DNA of 64,000 nucleotides, from NCBI RefSeq assembly GCF_009914755.1, contig NC_060926.1. The stretch is one strand, 5' to 3'. The position numbers and the translations under genes are program-made. Origin of the DNA: the human T2T-CHM13v2.0 reference genome, Homo sapiens. This document shows, one piece after another, positions 28,640 to 42,519 of the stretch (position 1 is the first letter of the stretch; the number at the start of each line of letters is the position of its first letter). Below the pieces are notes generated by a model. The model searched no databases, was not told where the DNA came from, and was given only the letters and a program-made list of their open reading frames with translations.

Positions 28640-28750
28640 GGGTGGCATGTGCCTGTAATCCTAGCTACTTGAGAGGCTGACGTGGGAGGATCTCTTGAGC
28701 CCAGGGCTTCAAGACTAGCCTGGGCAGAGTAGAAAGAACCTGTCTCAAAC
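28640..28750 (+). mobile_element. Alu monomer (FLAM-like)
   Basis: gtggcatgtgcctgtaatcctagctact...cttgagcccagg...cctgtctcaaa. Confidence 0.8.
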
Positions 28751-28812
28751 CCCACACTGTTCTTTTCGCAGAGTTAATGGGGCTCATTAAATACTGAGAT
28801 TATCCTTTAGAA

Positions 28813-29001
28813 CAATCTTGTCCAACCTACAGCCTTTGAATGTGGCCCAGCACAAATTTGTAAACTTTCTTAAAACATTATGAGATATTTTTTGTGATAT
28901 TTATAGCTCATTAGCTATCATTAGTGTTTTACTTTATGTATAGCCCAAGACACTTCTTCTTCCAGTGTGGCCCAGGGAAGCCAAAAGATTAGACACCCCT
29001 G
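28813..29001 (-). mobile_element. MER30 hAT-Charlie MITE
   Basis: MER30 end ggaagccaaaagattagacacccctg. Perfect 8-bp TSD ctttagaa at 28805-28812 and 29002-29009. Confidence 0.85.
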
Positions 29002-29040
29002 CTTTAGAATGTACTCAATTAATAATCTTCAAAATGTAGG

Positions 29041-29210
<170 letters not shown>

Positions 29211-29738
29211 CTAAGGTTTACCATCTTTAGTTGATCTTGCTCATTTCCCTTGGTATCAGTTCTCCTTCCTTACTTGGTGAGTGCTTAACCTTTCTTTGGG
29301 CAGTAAGGCATGACATTTCTCCCCAGGTTGAGCAGTTTTCTGATACATATTTTTTGGCTGAGTGTGACTTGTATCTTTTTGGACTAAGCTCCATTCACTC
29401 AGATGGTGGTCTGATTTTTTTTTTTTTTTTCAGTCAGGCATTGTGCAAAGTGACCTGATGGGAATAAATGGCAGGTTGGTTGTGTAATGCAGCAACATCT
29501 TACTTGGTTGTCTTTAGAGATAAGTGGGACGTGATTCCAGCAAGGCTGTGCATCAAATGTTGGAATGTGTTGGAGAACTGCCAAGAGGTTGGGAGCAAGC
29601 TGTGTGACAAGCACTAATGCAGCCTTGGCCTGCCTTAAAATAGCTGCAGGTTAACAAATATCTTGAAACTTGGCATTTCTTTTGAGCAAAATTGCTCCTC
29701 TGAATGTGTTACCAAGAGGTGCTTTCCTCTTTTTTATC

Positions 29739-29775
<37 letters not shown>

Positions 29776-29972
29776 CCAACTGTCTTAAAACATCTTATGA
29801 GCATATGAAGAAGATATAATTCTCTGTAACATCTTATGTTGAATGATTTTACTGGACTAATTATTAGCACATTATCTGAAACTTCACTTGTAGTTCTTCT
29901 GCTCTGCTCACCCAACTCACTGAAAAATATATAGTCTTTGTAGTTTGAATAAAAACTGGGGCCCTGAAGATG

Positions 29973-30279
29973 TTTTTTTTTTTTTTTTTTTTTTTTTTTG
30001 AGACTGAGTCTCGCTCTGTCGCCCAGGCCAGAGTGCAGTGGCGCGATCTTGGCTCACTGCAAGCTCCGCCTCCTGGGTTCACACCATTCTCCTGCCTCAG
30101 CCTCCTGAGTAGCTGGGACTACAGGCACCCACCACCACGCCCAGCTAATTTTTTGTATTTTTAGTAGAGACAGGGTTTCACCATGTTAGCCAGGATGGTC
30201 TCGATCTCTTGACCTCATAATCCGCCCGCCTGGACCTACCAAAGTGCTGGGATTACAGGCATGAGCCACTGCGCCCAGC
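29973..30279 (-). mobile_element. AluY
   Basis: gcaagctccgcc, gttagccaggatggtctcgatc, long T-tail. TSD tgaagat. Confidence 0.9.
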
Positions 30280-30786
30280 CTGAAGATTTTTTTTAAAAGT
30301 CCTATATTTTATATGTTTGATAGGCTTTTGGAAAGGAATTATTGATGTTTGAACACTAACACATTAGAGAGGCAGAGTCAGAGGCATTGGTTACTTTGCT
30401 GTGGAATCTTGTCTTAGCTGATTCACTTTTAGACTTCTTAGTAAGCTCATTGGTAGTTTGTCTGCAGGACTTAGTTCTTGTTTGTAATTAATTCACTGTC
30501 TAACTGTAGTCTCTCAATTTTTTTCAATAGAAAGGCTTGTTTTTTAAGTCAGAGTGGTAAAAACAGGGGGGGTTGGGAGTGGTCTTTGAAATGGGTCCTG
30601 TACAGACTTGAGCCTGATGGTGATGTGATCAAGGTTGCAGGGGGTGTGGGTACCTGGGTGGGGCTGGGGCTGCCTGTGGGACTAATCTAAACAGCCAGTT
30701 AGTTTGGGTGCTCTGAATATGACATTTTTAAAAATGCAGTATTTGGGTTAATGATTGGAAGTAAACTAAGAATTTCCAGGATTTAT

Positions 30787-30850
30787 ATGTTAAATAGCAG
30801 ATGAAAACAGTGAGTTACATGTTAAATAGTAGATGGAAACAGTGAGTTAA
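30787..30850. repeat. 32-bp tandem duplication
   Basis: atgttaaatagcagatgaaaacagtgagttac / atgttaaatagtagatggaaacagtgagttaa (29/32 identical). Confidence 0.9.
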
Positions 30851-32294
30851 CTTTATTTTGAGAGGCTTAAATACAAACCAAGTTTCTATACTAAAGGATT
30901 TCCTAAAAGATGATATTAACAGATATGTTAATTATCCCATAACTTAAAGTCCTTTAGACGTTTAGATTGAGACTAATTGTGATAATTTCATAGCTCTGTA
31001 GCGTATCCTGAAAATGGCTTTGTTTCTTTTGTTTCACTGTCTTCATATGTGTAAGTCTTGAATTTTGCTTTGTCACTTTCCGTATTTTACATGTATTTTA
31101 GAGGTCCTCTCCTTGTATAGAAACATTATTTCTGGTTTTATGTAAGTGCCTTATACAGAGATTTATAATTTGTAATTACTGTACTTTTTGGTCAATAGAA
31201 TTGAGGTTATTTGGGGTATGTTTTTAGAATATGTTAAAAACCATATTTTGTGTTTTTATAACATAGAAAAATATTTCTTGGAAAATGCGTGTGTGGGCAG
31301 CTTCTTTTAGATGTATTGATCTTTTCACTTTCAGATGGCAAATGAATTCTATATGGCATTGTTGCCATGTTGGAAAATTTCTTTATTGAGCCTATGACTT
31401 CTAAAGTATCAAAATTCTGTTTTTGCTTTTCCCTTTTATTGGACATCTCCAGTTTTGTTTTTTTTTTTAAGCACACGCACACACATACACACACATCCTT
31501 GGATAACTGAACTGGTAAATTGTATTGAGGAGAGGTGAACTACAGGCCACCATTTCCTTTTTACTTAGCATACCATTATCTGGTCCCCTCATGTGAAAAT
31601 ATATTTTGGATAGTTTTCACCTCCCACCATCTATTAATTTAGAGTGTGCATTCCTTTAACCTTGCAGGAGAATTCAGTCATTCATTATACGATAAGCAGG
31701 CAAAAAGTTAAATACTCAAATGTTCCTTTTCTGGATTATTGTCTGAATTAGAAAAACATTCATTTTAAATTTTACACATGTATATGGGATGTTCTGTCTC
31801 CTCGTCTGTGTGCCTTGTACTGGCACAAGCTTATAGGACTAGGAACAAATAAGCTTAGCATTTAAAATATTCCAGACATAAAAAATCTATGGAATTTGCT
31901 TATATCTACTGGGGGATGCAGTCAGACAGACCCAGGGTTTTAACTGGCTCCTTCTGCAGTGTGAAGGCAGACGGAAACATTGGAGTCTGCTGCAGATGGC
32001 AGCAGGGTGGACAGGTGAGGCCCACATGGAAGTTCATACCACTGGTAGGTGGAGTAATGAGTTGGTGTATGAAATGCTAGCCATTTTAGATGTTTCTACA
32101 GCTGTTGTTGGCTAGCTGAAAATAAATTGAACTTGTTGAACTGGTAAAAGTTTTGCTGTCTGAATAGGCTTAGATAAAATAGTGCTTCAGATGCCTATAA
32201 AGATGTCTATTGTAACATTACTATGATTTTTTTAAGTGGTGATAACCTAAAAGTCCATCATTGGTAAGTTACAGGGTGGACTATATATTCTGGA

Positions 32295-32540
32295 GGCAAT
32301 ACAGTGTGTAGTTAAAAGTGCTGACCGTGGAGCTGTGGTGCCTGGGTCTAAAACCTGATTTCACCATGGGCCCACTTTGTGACCCTGAGCAAGTCATTAA
32401 CCCTTCTCGGTCTCAGTTTCCTCATCAGTAAGATCAGGATAATCATAGTACAGACCATATAGGGTTGGTTGGATTAAATAAGTTATAGGTAAAGCAGTTA
32501 GACTAGTGCCTGGAAATATGTAAGTATTATTTACTATATT
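32295..32540 (+). mobile_element. MIR
   Basis: gtgaccctgagcaagtcattaacccttctcggtctcagtttcctcatcagtaa. Confidence 0.75.
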
Positions 32541-32843
32541 AATAAAAACTTTAATATTATTATGGAATACCTTCTAATAACATGGGAAGGTTTTTAACAT
32601 AGGGAGAAAAAGCAGAACACAAGATTATATAAATGGAATTACCGTAACTATGTAGAAAAATATACAAAAGGGATAAGGAAATACTACAAATATTAAGGTT
32701 TTTGGGGGAGGGGAGAATGGATGAGATTCCTTGTGATTTTTGCTTTTGTCTCAGAGCTGTTTTGTATTTTCTGCTGTTCTACAGTAAGCATATGTTACTT
32801 CTATAATTTGAAAAAGTAAACTTTGTTTTCAAAAGTGGATGTA

Positions 32844-33207
<364 letters not shown>

Positions 33208-34014
33208 TCAATTATAAGAACAGCTTATTCTTTAAAAGCTTAGGGCCTTCCGTTTGGCAACAGTTTGTCTCCTTTTGGTTCCATAATACTTCCACATTCT
33301 TACAGAAGCTAATGGGAAATGCTGGATTAAACCACATTATCTATGCTGTTATCTATGTTTAGAAACTTTTAATGATGACAGATATGCAGTCCCTTCTCTC
33401 TGTGGTCACATGGGAGAATCACTCTTGCCTGCTCCCCTTGCATTTTGGTGGCATGTTGGACTAGTTCTGAGGAATGGCCTGTGTCCAGACTGCAGCCAGA
33501 GTCCTTGAGTGAGAATGGTAGAGCCTCCTGCTACCATGTGACAGGCACGTAACATGAGTGGGAAACATGCTTCTGTGAGTTTGAGCCACAGAACGGCATT
33601 CTTACAGAGTGCCTTGGAGTAATGAAACTCAAAACTATTTTTTAAATTCATCATTTAGTATTTTCCACTAATTCAGACTCATTGTTTAGTGAAAAGAATA
33701 CAGCCATCGGTAAGGCACATGACTGTTATTAACAGTATGAATTTAGACAAATTATGTAATAGAGTTTTAGTTTTCTTGTGTCAAAGGCCTCACCTCCACA
33801 AACTACAAACAAAACTTTTGATGCTTCAAATTAGTCCATACCAGAGTGTTTAGTTTTAATTCACTGCTCTTTAGTGCTTGAAATGAGATTCTTTAGACCA
33901 AAGTGGCCTTAAAGGTTCATTCTTGTTGTGTGCTTATTCCACATTTCTCTATATATTTATTTTGTCACTTCTGGTCACTATATATAGGTTTATTTAAGAA
34001 AAATTCCCTTCCAT

Positions 34015-34290
34015 AGTTTATCAGGCAGGTTAGGCTGGTGCTGCAGTAACAAAGATCTCCAGAATCTCGGTGGCTCAAACTCACAGATGCGTATTTTCCA
34101 CTCATGTTACTTGTCCGTCACATGGTGGCAGGGTGCTCTGTGCCATCCTCACTCAAGGACTGTGGACTGATGGGCTAGATGCAGGCCATTGATCAGAATA
34201 ATCAAATGCCCCGCCCAAATGCTAGGGTAGCAGGTAAGAGTAATCCTCCCATGTAGCCACAAAAAGAAGAGACTGGGTATGTGTGATCAT
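34015..34290. mobile_element. MLT1-like (MaLR) LTR fragment
   Basis: ttaggctggtgctgcagtaacaaa...atctcggtggctcaaac...tattttccactcatg. Confidence 0.55.
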
Positions 34291-34339
34291 TAAAAGTTTC
34301 TAACTAAACATAGATAACAGAGTAGGTAATATGGTCGAA

Positions 34340-34630
34340 TCCAGCATTTCCCATCAGCTTCTTTGAAGCACCAGTTTTGCAGTATGTTCACATGTACTGT
34401 TGATAAAGGGCATCTCCTGGTCAAGTAAATCTGGAGAATGCTGGGCTTAATAACATGTACTAGGCCTCTTTAGTGAAGGTCGTCTCCGAGCTGTTGTATC
34501 CTAACAGGCATTCTGGAGGTGGAGAGTAACATACGATGTTTCCCAAACTTACCTGACCTTTGAATTATTTTCTTACTTTTCATAGCCTCTCTCGGATGCA
34601 GGTTTTGTTGAACATGCTTTGGGATACCCT
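34340..34630. mobile_element. Ancient hAT-Charlie MITE relic
   Basis: cagcatttccca...ggtcaagtaaatctggagaatgctg...tttcccaaacttacctgacc. Confidence 0.45.
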
Positions 34631-35585
34631 AATTTGTCTAACTTGTTCTCATACAAAGCAAGTATTTGGAATTGCATTTTAATTAATACTTGCATTGGGA
34701 AGAAGCTTTGTTTTTATTGTTTGTTAAAAGAGTTGACTATTTGAAGAGAGATTTTTTCTATTGCAAATCAAATTGCAGGCAGTGTTTTTAAAAACTAGTT
34801 ATTACTGGTTACATGCCTGTGTTGAATCCATAGGACTTTTTCTTCATTTAGTTGCCTTTGTGTTCTAAACTTACCATTGAAAAGAGAAAGGTAAATAAAC
34901 TTTGACCACATATCTTAGTGGTTATAAAAAAATTAAATTGGTTTGGACAGATGGTCCAAACACACCGAGTTTTTTTTTTTATTGGCTTCAGTGTTTTTCT
35001 TGGTTCTCTTTGACTTTCTATAACAAGTTTTCTAGAAGTTTTGAAATGAGATACTACTGAAATGAGGGCTCTGATAAGAAACAGAGAGATAACTTTTGTC
35101 AAGAGGTATTAAATATTTCTCTACCAGAAGACTTTGGATTTAAACACAACATTTGTTGCCAGGGATTTTATGCCTGCGTATGTAACAAATCTTAGTATGG
35201 AAGTTTTCACTTAAAATGGCTGTAAACTTCATGTAATAAACTTTAGGTAAGAAGGAGCAGCCTCCCCAACCCCCGTTTTGTAACTGTACATGGGTAAAAC
35301 TTGATAAAGACTAAACTCTCTAACTCCCCAGACTTTCGGATTTGTGGCATTACCTTTTTTTTTTTTTTTAATTAATTAATTCACTTTCTATTAGAAATCA
35401 TGTTAAATCCAGGCCAAGAATTCTTTTTTCATTTTCTGTTTTGTTTGCTTTTTTCCTTTGTGAGTAAACAGGTGCGAAGGACAATTGCTGTTTTATGACA
35501 GGAAACACACTTTTAAAGCTGTCAGTTACCTCACAGCCCCACCCTACCCTTTTCCTGCTGCCATTACGATTAAGACTGACTGGTA

Positions 35586-35875
35586 GGCTGGGCGCGGTGG
35601 CTCATGCCTGTAATCCCAGCACTTTGGGAGGCTGAGGTGGGCGGAGCACGAGGTCAGGAGTTCGAGACCAGCCTGGCTAATATGGTGAAACCCCGTCTCT
35701 ACTAAAAATGCAAAAATTAGCTGGCATGGTGGCGGGTGCCCGTTATCCCAGCTACTCAGGAGGCTGAGGCAGGAGAATTGCTTGAACCTGGGAGGCGGAG
35801 GTTGCAGTGAGCCAAGATCATGCTGCTGCATTCCAGCCTGGGTGACAGAGTAAGAGTCCATCTCAAAAAAAAAAA
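35586..35875 (+). mobile_element. AluS
   Basis: Full Alu flanked by gactggta. Confidence 0.92.
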
Positions 35876-37819
35876 GACTGGTAGTAGACTTTGCTTTTTA
35901 AAGGTGACTTGGGAGGATTTGAGGCAGAGAAAACCTTCTTCAGAGCCACAGTTCCCAGTCTTATCCTTTTTGTTGATACCAGTATTGTGGAAAAAGCATT
36001 CATGACCCATCACAAAAACATACATTAAGAAAACATTTTTCACATGGTCTGAGGCTGACAGGAATCAGGCTTAATGTATCCAGGGATATGACAAACATGG
36101 GAACCTGCACCAGTTGCCACAGAGCTGTCCGATCCTGGTCCCAGGGCCCTTGTCTGTGGCAGGTCTTCCCCGGGGAAGAGATTTCACTCTCTTATGAGAA
36201 CGCTCGTGTTTCATGCCCTCAGATGCTTGTGTCAGGTTCCAGTGATGGTAGCCTTGGAGTAAGTCTGCCTTTGAGAGAGGATTGTTTTTTTTCCTCACTC
36301 TTCAAGGACCTGTAGTGGGTCCCCTGATGGGCCACCCTCTGGACCTGGTCAAATGTTGGGGAGTTTCGTGGAAGAGCAGTGTTTTCACATTACAGGGTGC
36401 AGCTCACAGTCAGAAAGATTGTAGAGGATCATAGAATTGGAAGTTTTGGGTCTGGGCCGAACCCTGTAGATCTTAGTACATCCACATGATTGTATCAAAG
36501 AAGAGTCCAGAGCTCCGAGAGGCTAGGTGCAATCACACAGCTTCACACAAGAGTAAGGGCTGAAACTATTGCTGTTAACAGATATGTGGAAGTACTTGGT
36601 GTCCTTGCAACTATTTCCAGTGTGCTGAACCTTGAAAGGCATCTTACTTCTGCTAATTGGAACCACTTGGGATGCATTTTAAAATTATATAAATGAAGTA
36701 AGCCTACAAGTTTATGCTCATGTTTACTGTTTTCATGTTGTCAAACTGTTAATAGCATGAATGGTTAAACATTTGCTGGGAAAATAGAAAGTGTTCTGAA
36801 AATACACAATACCAGAGATAAAAAAAGATGTATGTACGTATATGTGAGTGTGTGTGTATATATATGTGTATATATATATATATGTTTTATTACTAGGGAA
36901 AGGAGGAAAGCCCATTGTGTATGGAACTAAAAGCCAGAACCTACTGCATGTCCACCTTTGTTTTAATAAAAATAACAAACAACTGAGTGTCCTGGCTGCC
37001 TGGCCAGGCTGAAGGAAAGTAAAGGTTGTTTTAAAATAGAAAAAGATCTGGTTAAATATTTGACCAGATACTTTGATTAAGTTGAAATGTTTAAACATTT
37101 TCAGGCCCAGGGATGTCAGTGAAGGCTGACTGCAGAGTCTTCTCTGCCTGCAGATGACTTGTGTTGTGTATAGCAATGATTTAAAGGCAAATAAAGTATA
37201 GTTATAGAAAACATGACCCTTACCAACCGCCTCCCCCCCAAGTTGGTTTGTAACCATGTAAGAAATCTAAGGTATGATTGGTAAAATTAAATAAATAAAT
37301 CCCATTGTTCCAGTCCTCTTCTGTGGAAGGTAGGACTTGGGAGGGAGTATTTTACAGTGGTTAGGTTCTGTTTCTTGGAGCCACACTGCCTGGTTGGAAC
37401 CCTGCCTCTGCTGGTTACTGACTGTGGTCTTTGGTAGGTGAACACATAATTTATTATCCAAACTAGGTAATTTATGAGAATGAAAGGAGACACTTTTAAT
37501 AGTTGTACCAGTACAGCAGGCATAAACTAGGAAGGTCTGAGGCAAACCAGATAACATGGTCACTCTAGTCTTAACGAAGTTACCTAATCTTGGTGTCTTG
37601 GTTTCTTCACATTGTGGAAGGGACATGACTCACTTCCTAGGGTGTTAAGATTAAATGCAATAAAACATGTAAAGTTTTGCAATGTTGTTTGGCACATAGC
37701 TATTCAATAGTTGTAGCTATTTAAAAAATTATTTAGGGTACTTAATTCATGTAATAACCATTTAAGTATTCAGTTCGCTTTCTATTATCTTTATATTATT
37801 TCTCCCAAGCAAATTTTGC

Positions 37820-37910
37820 TTTTTTTTTTCCAAGAGGGAAGGTCTCACTGTGTTGCCCAGGCTGGCCTCTAACTCCTGCGCTCAAGTGATCTTCCTGCTT
37901 CAGCCTTCCA
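37820..37910 (-). mobile_element. 5'-truncated Alu monomer
   Basis: TSD agcaaa(t/c)tttgcttt at 37808-37822 and 37911-37925. Confidence 0.8.
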
Positions 37911-38291
37911 AGCAAACTTTGCTTTTAATAACATTAATATTTACTAATGGCTTATTCCATTTATGGCACCTGCTCAAACTTAATTGCTTGCTTTATCTGA
38001 GCCCTTTCCTCAGATAAAGGCTCAGAAAGTAAAATTGACTTTTACTTTTTCAGCTACGTGTATATGTGGCACTTAATTATATAATTAGCACCTGTGGCCC
38101 AGAGATGGGTGCTGGGTATTGGGACACTCATTTATCAGGTTGTGTGTAATTAGCATCTACACTGGAAAGCACCTTTTGAACAGCTGGCGCTGAGATACAG
38201 AATGGTTGGGAGGTTGAGTGGGTGGGGAGTGGCAAAGCCCAACCTCTTCTGCCTCTTTTAAAAGTTGGATTTTTCCCAGAGTAGTGATATG

Positions 38292-38495
38292 CAGGGTTGC
38301 CAGATTTAGGAAAAACAAAATCAAACAAAAAAGAAGCCAGAATGCCTGGTTAAATTTTAATTTCAGATGAACAACACATTGTTTTTTAGTGTAAGTTTGT
38401 CTTATGCAGTATTTGAGACATACTTATCCTAAAAATTCATTGTTTATCTGAAATTCAGCTTTAACTTGATGTCCAGTATTTATCTAGCAATCCTA
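38292..38495. mobile_element. MER53 palindromic hAT MITE
   Basis: Inverted ends cagggttgccagattta ... tatctagcaatccta; internal arms aatttcagatgaacaa / ttgtttatctgaaatt. Confidence 0.8.
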
Positions 38496-38979
38496 GTTTT
38501 GTAATCCAAAAGAATTTTTATTCTATTCAGTATAACCCACATTCAGATGTATATGAAACATGTAGTCCAGATCCTTTTATAAGTATTGTGTTAATTTTTT
38601 AAAAAATCCATGTTGTCTACCCTCCATTGGAATGGATGGTTGAGAAGTCATCACTGAGTTGCTGCTGCTGGTTCCCACAAAGGCCAAGATGAAAAAGAAT
38701 TCAGTCTGGTTTGCCACAGCAGCAGGGATTTACATTTGCTCTTTGAGAACTTATTGGCTGTGAATGTGGATGAACTTAAGCCAGCTCTTCTTCCTTGCAG
38801 GGGAGTCCATTAGTTAAGGTGACTTATTGAAGCCCTGGCCAGCTCTAGGAGTTCTCGGTTTTATAATTGAATTACTTTAGTAATATTAAATAATTTGGGG
38901 AGGGGGTTAATTTTGGGTCATTTATATTTCACTTGTCAATGTAGAGGGAGCTACTTTTATTGTCATTAAGAGTGACATT

Positions 38980-39100
38980 CATCCTGGTGCCATGGTGAGC
39001 ACCTGTGGTCTTAGCTGCTTGGGAAGCTGAGGTGGGAGGATCACTTGAGCCCAGGAGTTTGAGGCCAGCCTGGCAACAAACAAAATCCACATCTCTAAGT
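38980..39100 (+). mobile_element. Alu monomer (FLAM-like)
   Basis: gctgaggtgggaggatcacttgagcccaggagtttgaggccagcctgg. Confidence 0.8.
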
Positions 39101-39344
39101 AATAATGATGATGATGATAATAAAATCCTAGAAATGAAGAACAGGTTTGGAAAAAAAAAAAAGTAACCTTCAGATACTCTTCCCATTAGAATCTCTCTTG
39201 CTGTTTTTGATTTTCAGCAGTGCTGTCCAGAAAGTGCTGGTGAGCTTTTTGCCCCAGCTTTGGAACTCTATCAGCAGTCAACCCTGAAGGGCATGGCATG
39301 CCTTTGGGAAATGCTGATTGGAAGATTAGAGGCTGCAGAAACCT

Positions 39345-39346
<2 letters not shown>

Positions 39347-39397
<51 letters not shown>

Positions 39398-39423
39398 GTT
39401 TTGTTTGTTTGTTTGTTTGTTTT
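39347..39423. repeat. (GT)24 followed by (TTTG)n compound microsatellite
   Basis: Read directly from the sequence. Confidence 0.97.
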
Positions 39424-40119
39424 CCAAACTCTGGATATGATGCCTCTGTTAAACCAAGTCCCTGAGGAAAAGCTTCACCAGATTAATGATACACTTGGTG
39501 AAATTAGTAATGGCAAGTAAAGGTTGAGATTTGTGCCTGCTGGACAAGAGTGAGCCAGAGCAAATGGATTTTGGACCAATACCGGCTTTTTAATTGCTGC
39601 CATTTAAAGAGTTTAATGTCCCCAGTGAAAAAGCACAGGTTTCAGATAATCTTTTGAAGAAAAATGCATAGTGGTAAGAGCTTACTGTTAGGCGCAGAGA
39701 GTGTGTGGATGGGTTAGCCAAGGGAAGGAATCCAATTAAAGCTGTTTGTTCGGAGTACTAGATTTGGAGGTGTGTTTTATTGTTAACTGGTAACTTTCCA
39801 GAAAATGAATTATTTGTATATAAAGATTGATACTAGCCAGGCTTTATATACTGACAGTTATTTGTAAAACCTCTTTCCTTCCTCCTTTTACCTTCTTTTC
39901 TGAGCTGTCTCTTTTCCTCCGCATGGCTTCCTTTATAAAGCAGCCCATTTTTTGGACATGGTTTTGCTATTGATGAGCCTGAGGTGTGGCATAGTACCAC
40001 AGGATTGCATGATGAGTGGGATATTTGGCCTCATTATTTACATGGCTTAGTTTTTGGTGTTTGAAGTGCCTGGTCGGATAGGGATTGACTATTAATGGTA
40101 GACATTTTCACATTTTGGA

Positions 40120-40462
<343 letters not shown>

Positions 40463-40506
40463 ATGCATGCTATCCTCTGGCCTCCCCTCAAAATTATGTT
40501 TCTGGC

Positions 40507-40710
40507 CTGTGCTGTCCAGTAGGGAGCCATGAGCACCAGGAAGTTACTTATGTTTATGTGAATTAAAATGAAGTAAACTGAAACTTCATTTCCTCAGTCA
40601 CACTAGCCACATTTCGAATGCTCAGTAGCCACACATGGCTCATGGCTGCCCTGTTGGATAGTATAGATATAGAACATTTCCATCACAGCAGACAGTTTCA
40701 TTGGGCAGCC
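40507..40710. mobile_element. MER3 hAT-Charlie MITE
   Basis: ctgtgctgtccagta...cactagccacatttcgaatgctcagtagccac...atagaacatttccatcac. Confidence 0.75.
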
Positions 40711-41866
40711 TAGATCTAGGGTGTCAACAAAACATGGGAGGAGCATGAACATTTAAGAAGCCTGACACAGGAAGGACAGGCTTGGAATAAGTAATCCCAC
40801 AGGACTTGGCAGTACTGAGTCACTCCATACTTTTTTAAGCAGCCTTTTTCTCAATGGTCTTTTGGCACCAGAAGCCCCACAGCAGTTGGTGCAATGGATT
40901 ATGTGTCACATCTTACAGAAAGGCCCCGTTTAAAGCAGGCTGGCCCGAAGGGGTGTGGTGAGGACTGGGGGCAGGCAAATGTGACCCTGAGGAGGCCAGG
41001 CCAGGGAAGAGAGAATGCAGCTTTATTCTTTCAGAGCCGAGGAATGCCCTGGAAGGGAACCGAAGCCTGAGTATTGGGGTTAAACTAGGTGAGAGGAGAT
41101 TTTTATCTCTTCTGCTGGAGAAAGACCTGCCTCAATAGTTTGCCTCTGCTGGCTCATCTCTAGTGTGTGGGAAACAAGGACAGTGCTAGCACATATTTCC
41201 CGTGAAATAAACTCCCATTATGGGCCCCCATGTTCTTGGAGCACTGGGCACCACGGGGTTAAGAATGGAATCAATTATGTTCCATGTTTGTTCAGACATA
41301 GCACATAAGATCCAAGGAAGGTAGGGTCACGGAAAAGCGAGGGGTTAGAGGAAACATGAAGTGTATACCAAAGGATGCGGATTTTCTACCCGTTGCTTCC
41401 CTCAGCAGGACCTTTTTGGAGATTGTTCCTCCTGCAGGCGTGAGAAACCCTCACGTGGAGAGGCTGTCTGGAAGCCTGCAGTCTGGTCTGTACCATCCAG
41501 GCTCTTTGCTATGCCTTCCTGTCTCCTGCATTTCGCTGGACATTAGCACCTCCCCAGGAGCAGATTTCTGTTGCTTTCTGTGAGCCCACTATAAAGAAAA
41601 TGCCAAGTGTTCCTGGGCACAGGAAGTGGGTAGGAAGAGCTCTGAGAATGCATGGATCAAAGGCACTTGGGTGATTTAGGGGTGTGACCCCCAGTGGCTT
41701 CACAGGGCCTGTGAGTCATTTCAAAGAGTTTCTCCTGTTTTGTCATTGTCTGCTGTTAAACCAGGGTGAAGTTTAAGTGCCTGTTGCAGACCTTATTGCC
41801 TTCTTGCTTTGTTCCGCTGGTCAGGTTAGTGTTCTTGACGGGGTTGTATCCAAATATCTGTATTGG

Positions 41867-42155
41867 GGCTGGGCATGGTAGCTCATGCCTGTAATTCTAG
41901 CACTTTGGGGGGCTGAGGCAGTCAGATCACCTGAGCCCAGGGGTTCGAGACCAGCCTGGGAAACATGGTGAAACTCTGTCTCTGCAAAAAATACAAAAAT
42001 TGGCTGGGCATGGTGGTATGTGCCTGTGCCTTGGGAGGCTGAGGTCGGAGGATTACTTGAGCTCAGGAGGCAGAGGTTGCAGTGAGCTGTGATTGCACCA
42101 CTGCACTCCATCCTGGGGGACAGAGTGAGACCCTGTCTCAACAACAAAACAAAAC
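41867..42155 (+). mobile_element. AluJ
   Basis: Dimeric Alu flanked by ccaaatat...ttgg. Confidence 0.88.
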
Positions 42156-42519
42156 CAAATATGTCTGTTGGCAAGTGATAACTGCACGGTATTAACTGCC
42201 TTTCTCTGAGAAATAAATTATCGGGGCCCTCCTAGGACTTTTATATGCTTGGGAATTGTGTTTATTTTCCTCTCATTCACTTCAGTCCTGCTCTTGACTG
42301 CCAGAAGAGGCCTGCTCTCCTTCCTTTCCCATTGTCAGTAAATTTTAGACTTTTTGTTAATACTCATCTGCTATTTTTAATTACGTTTCACACTTTTATT
42401 TTGCCATTTTCTATATTCTCTTTCCTCAAGCTCAGAGAGCAAGGTAGGAAATGTTAACTTCTCCTAAGAACAGGAATATGGGAAGCTGGAAAGCCGAAAA
42501 AGAATGCTAAGAGGAATAA

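Noticed and set aside
36733-37257. 174-aa minus-strand ORF
   Set aside because: Runs through a (TA/TG)n repeat, has no recognisable domain, and is antisense to the inferred gene.
40939-40955. ggctggcccgaagg resembling the Y1 RNA 5' end
   Set aside because: Similarity stops after ~14 nt; no Y RNA body or 3' stem.
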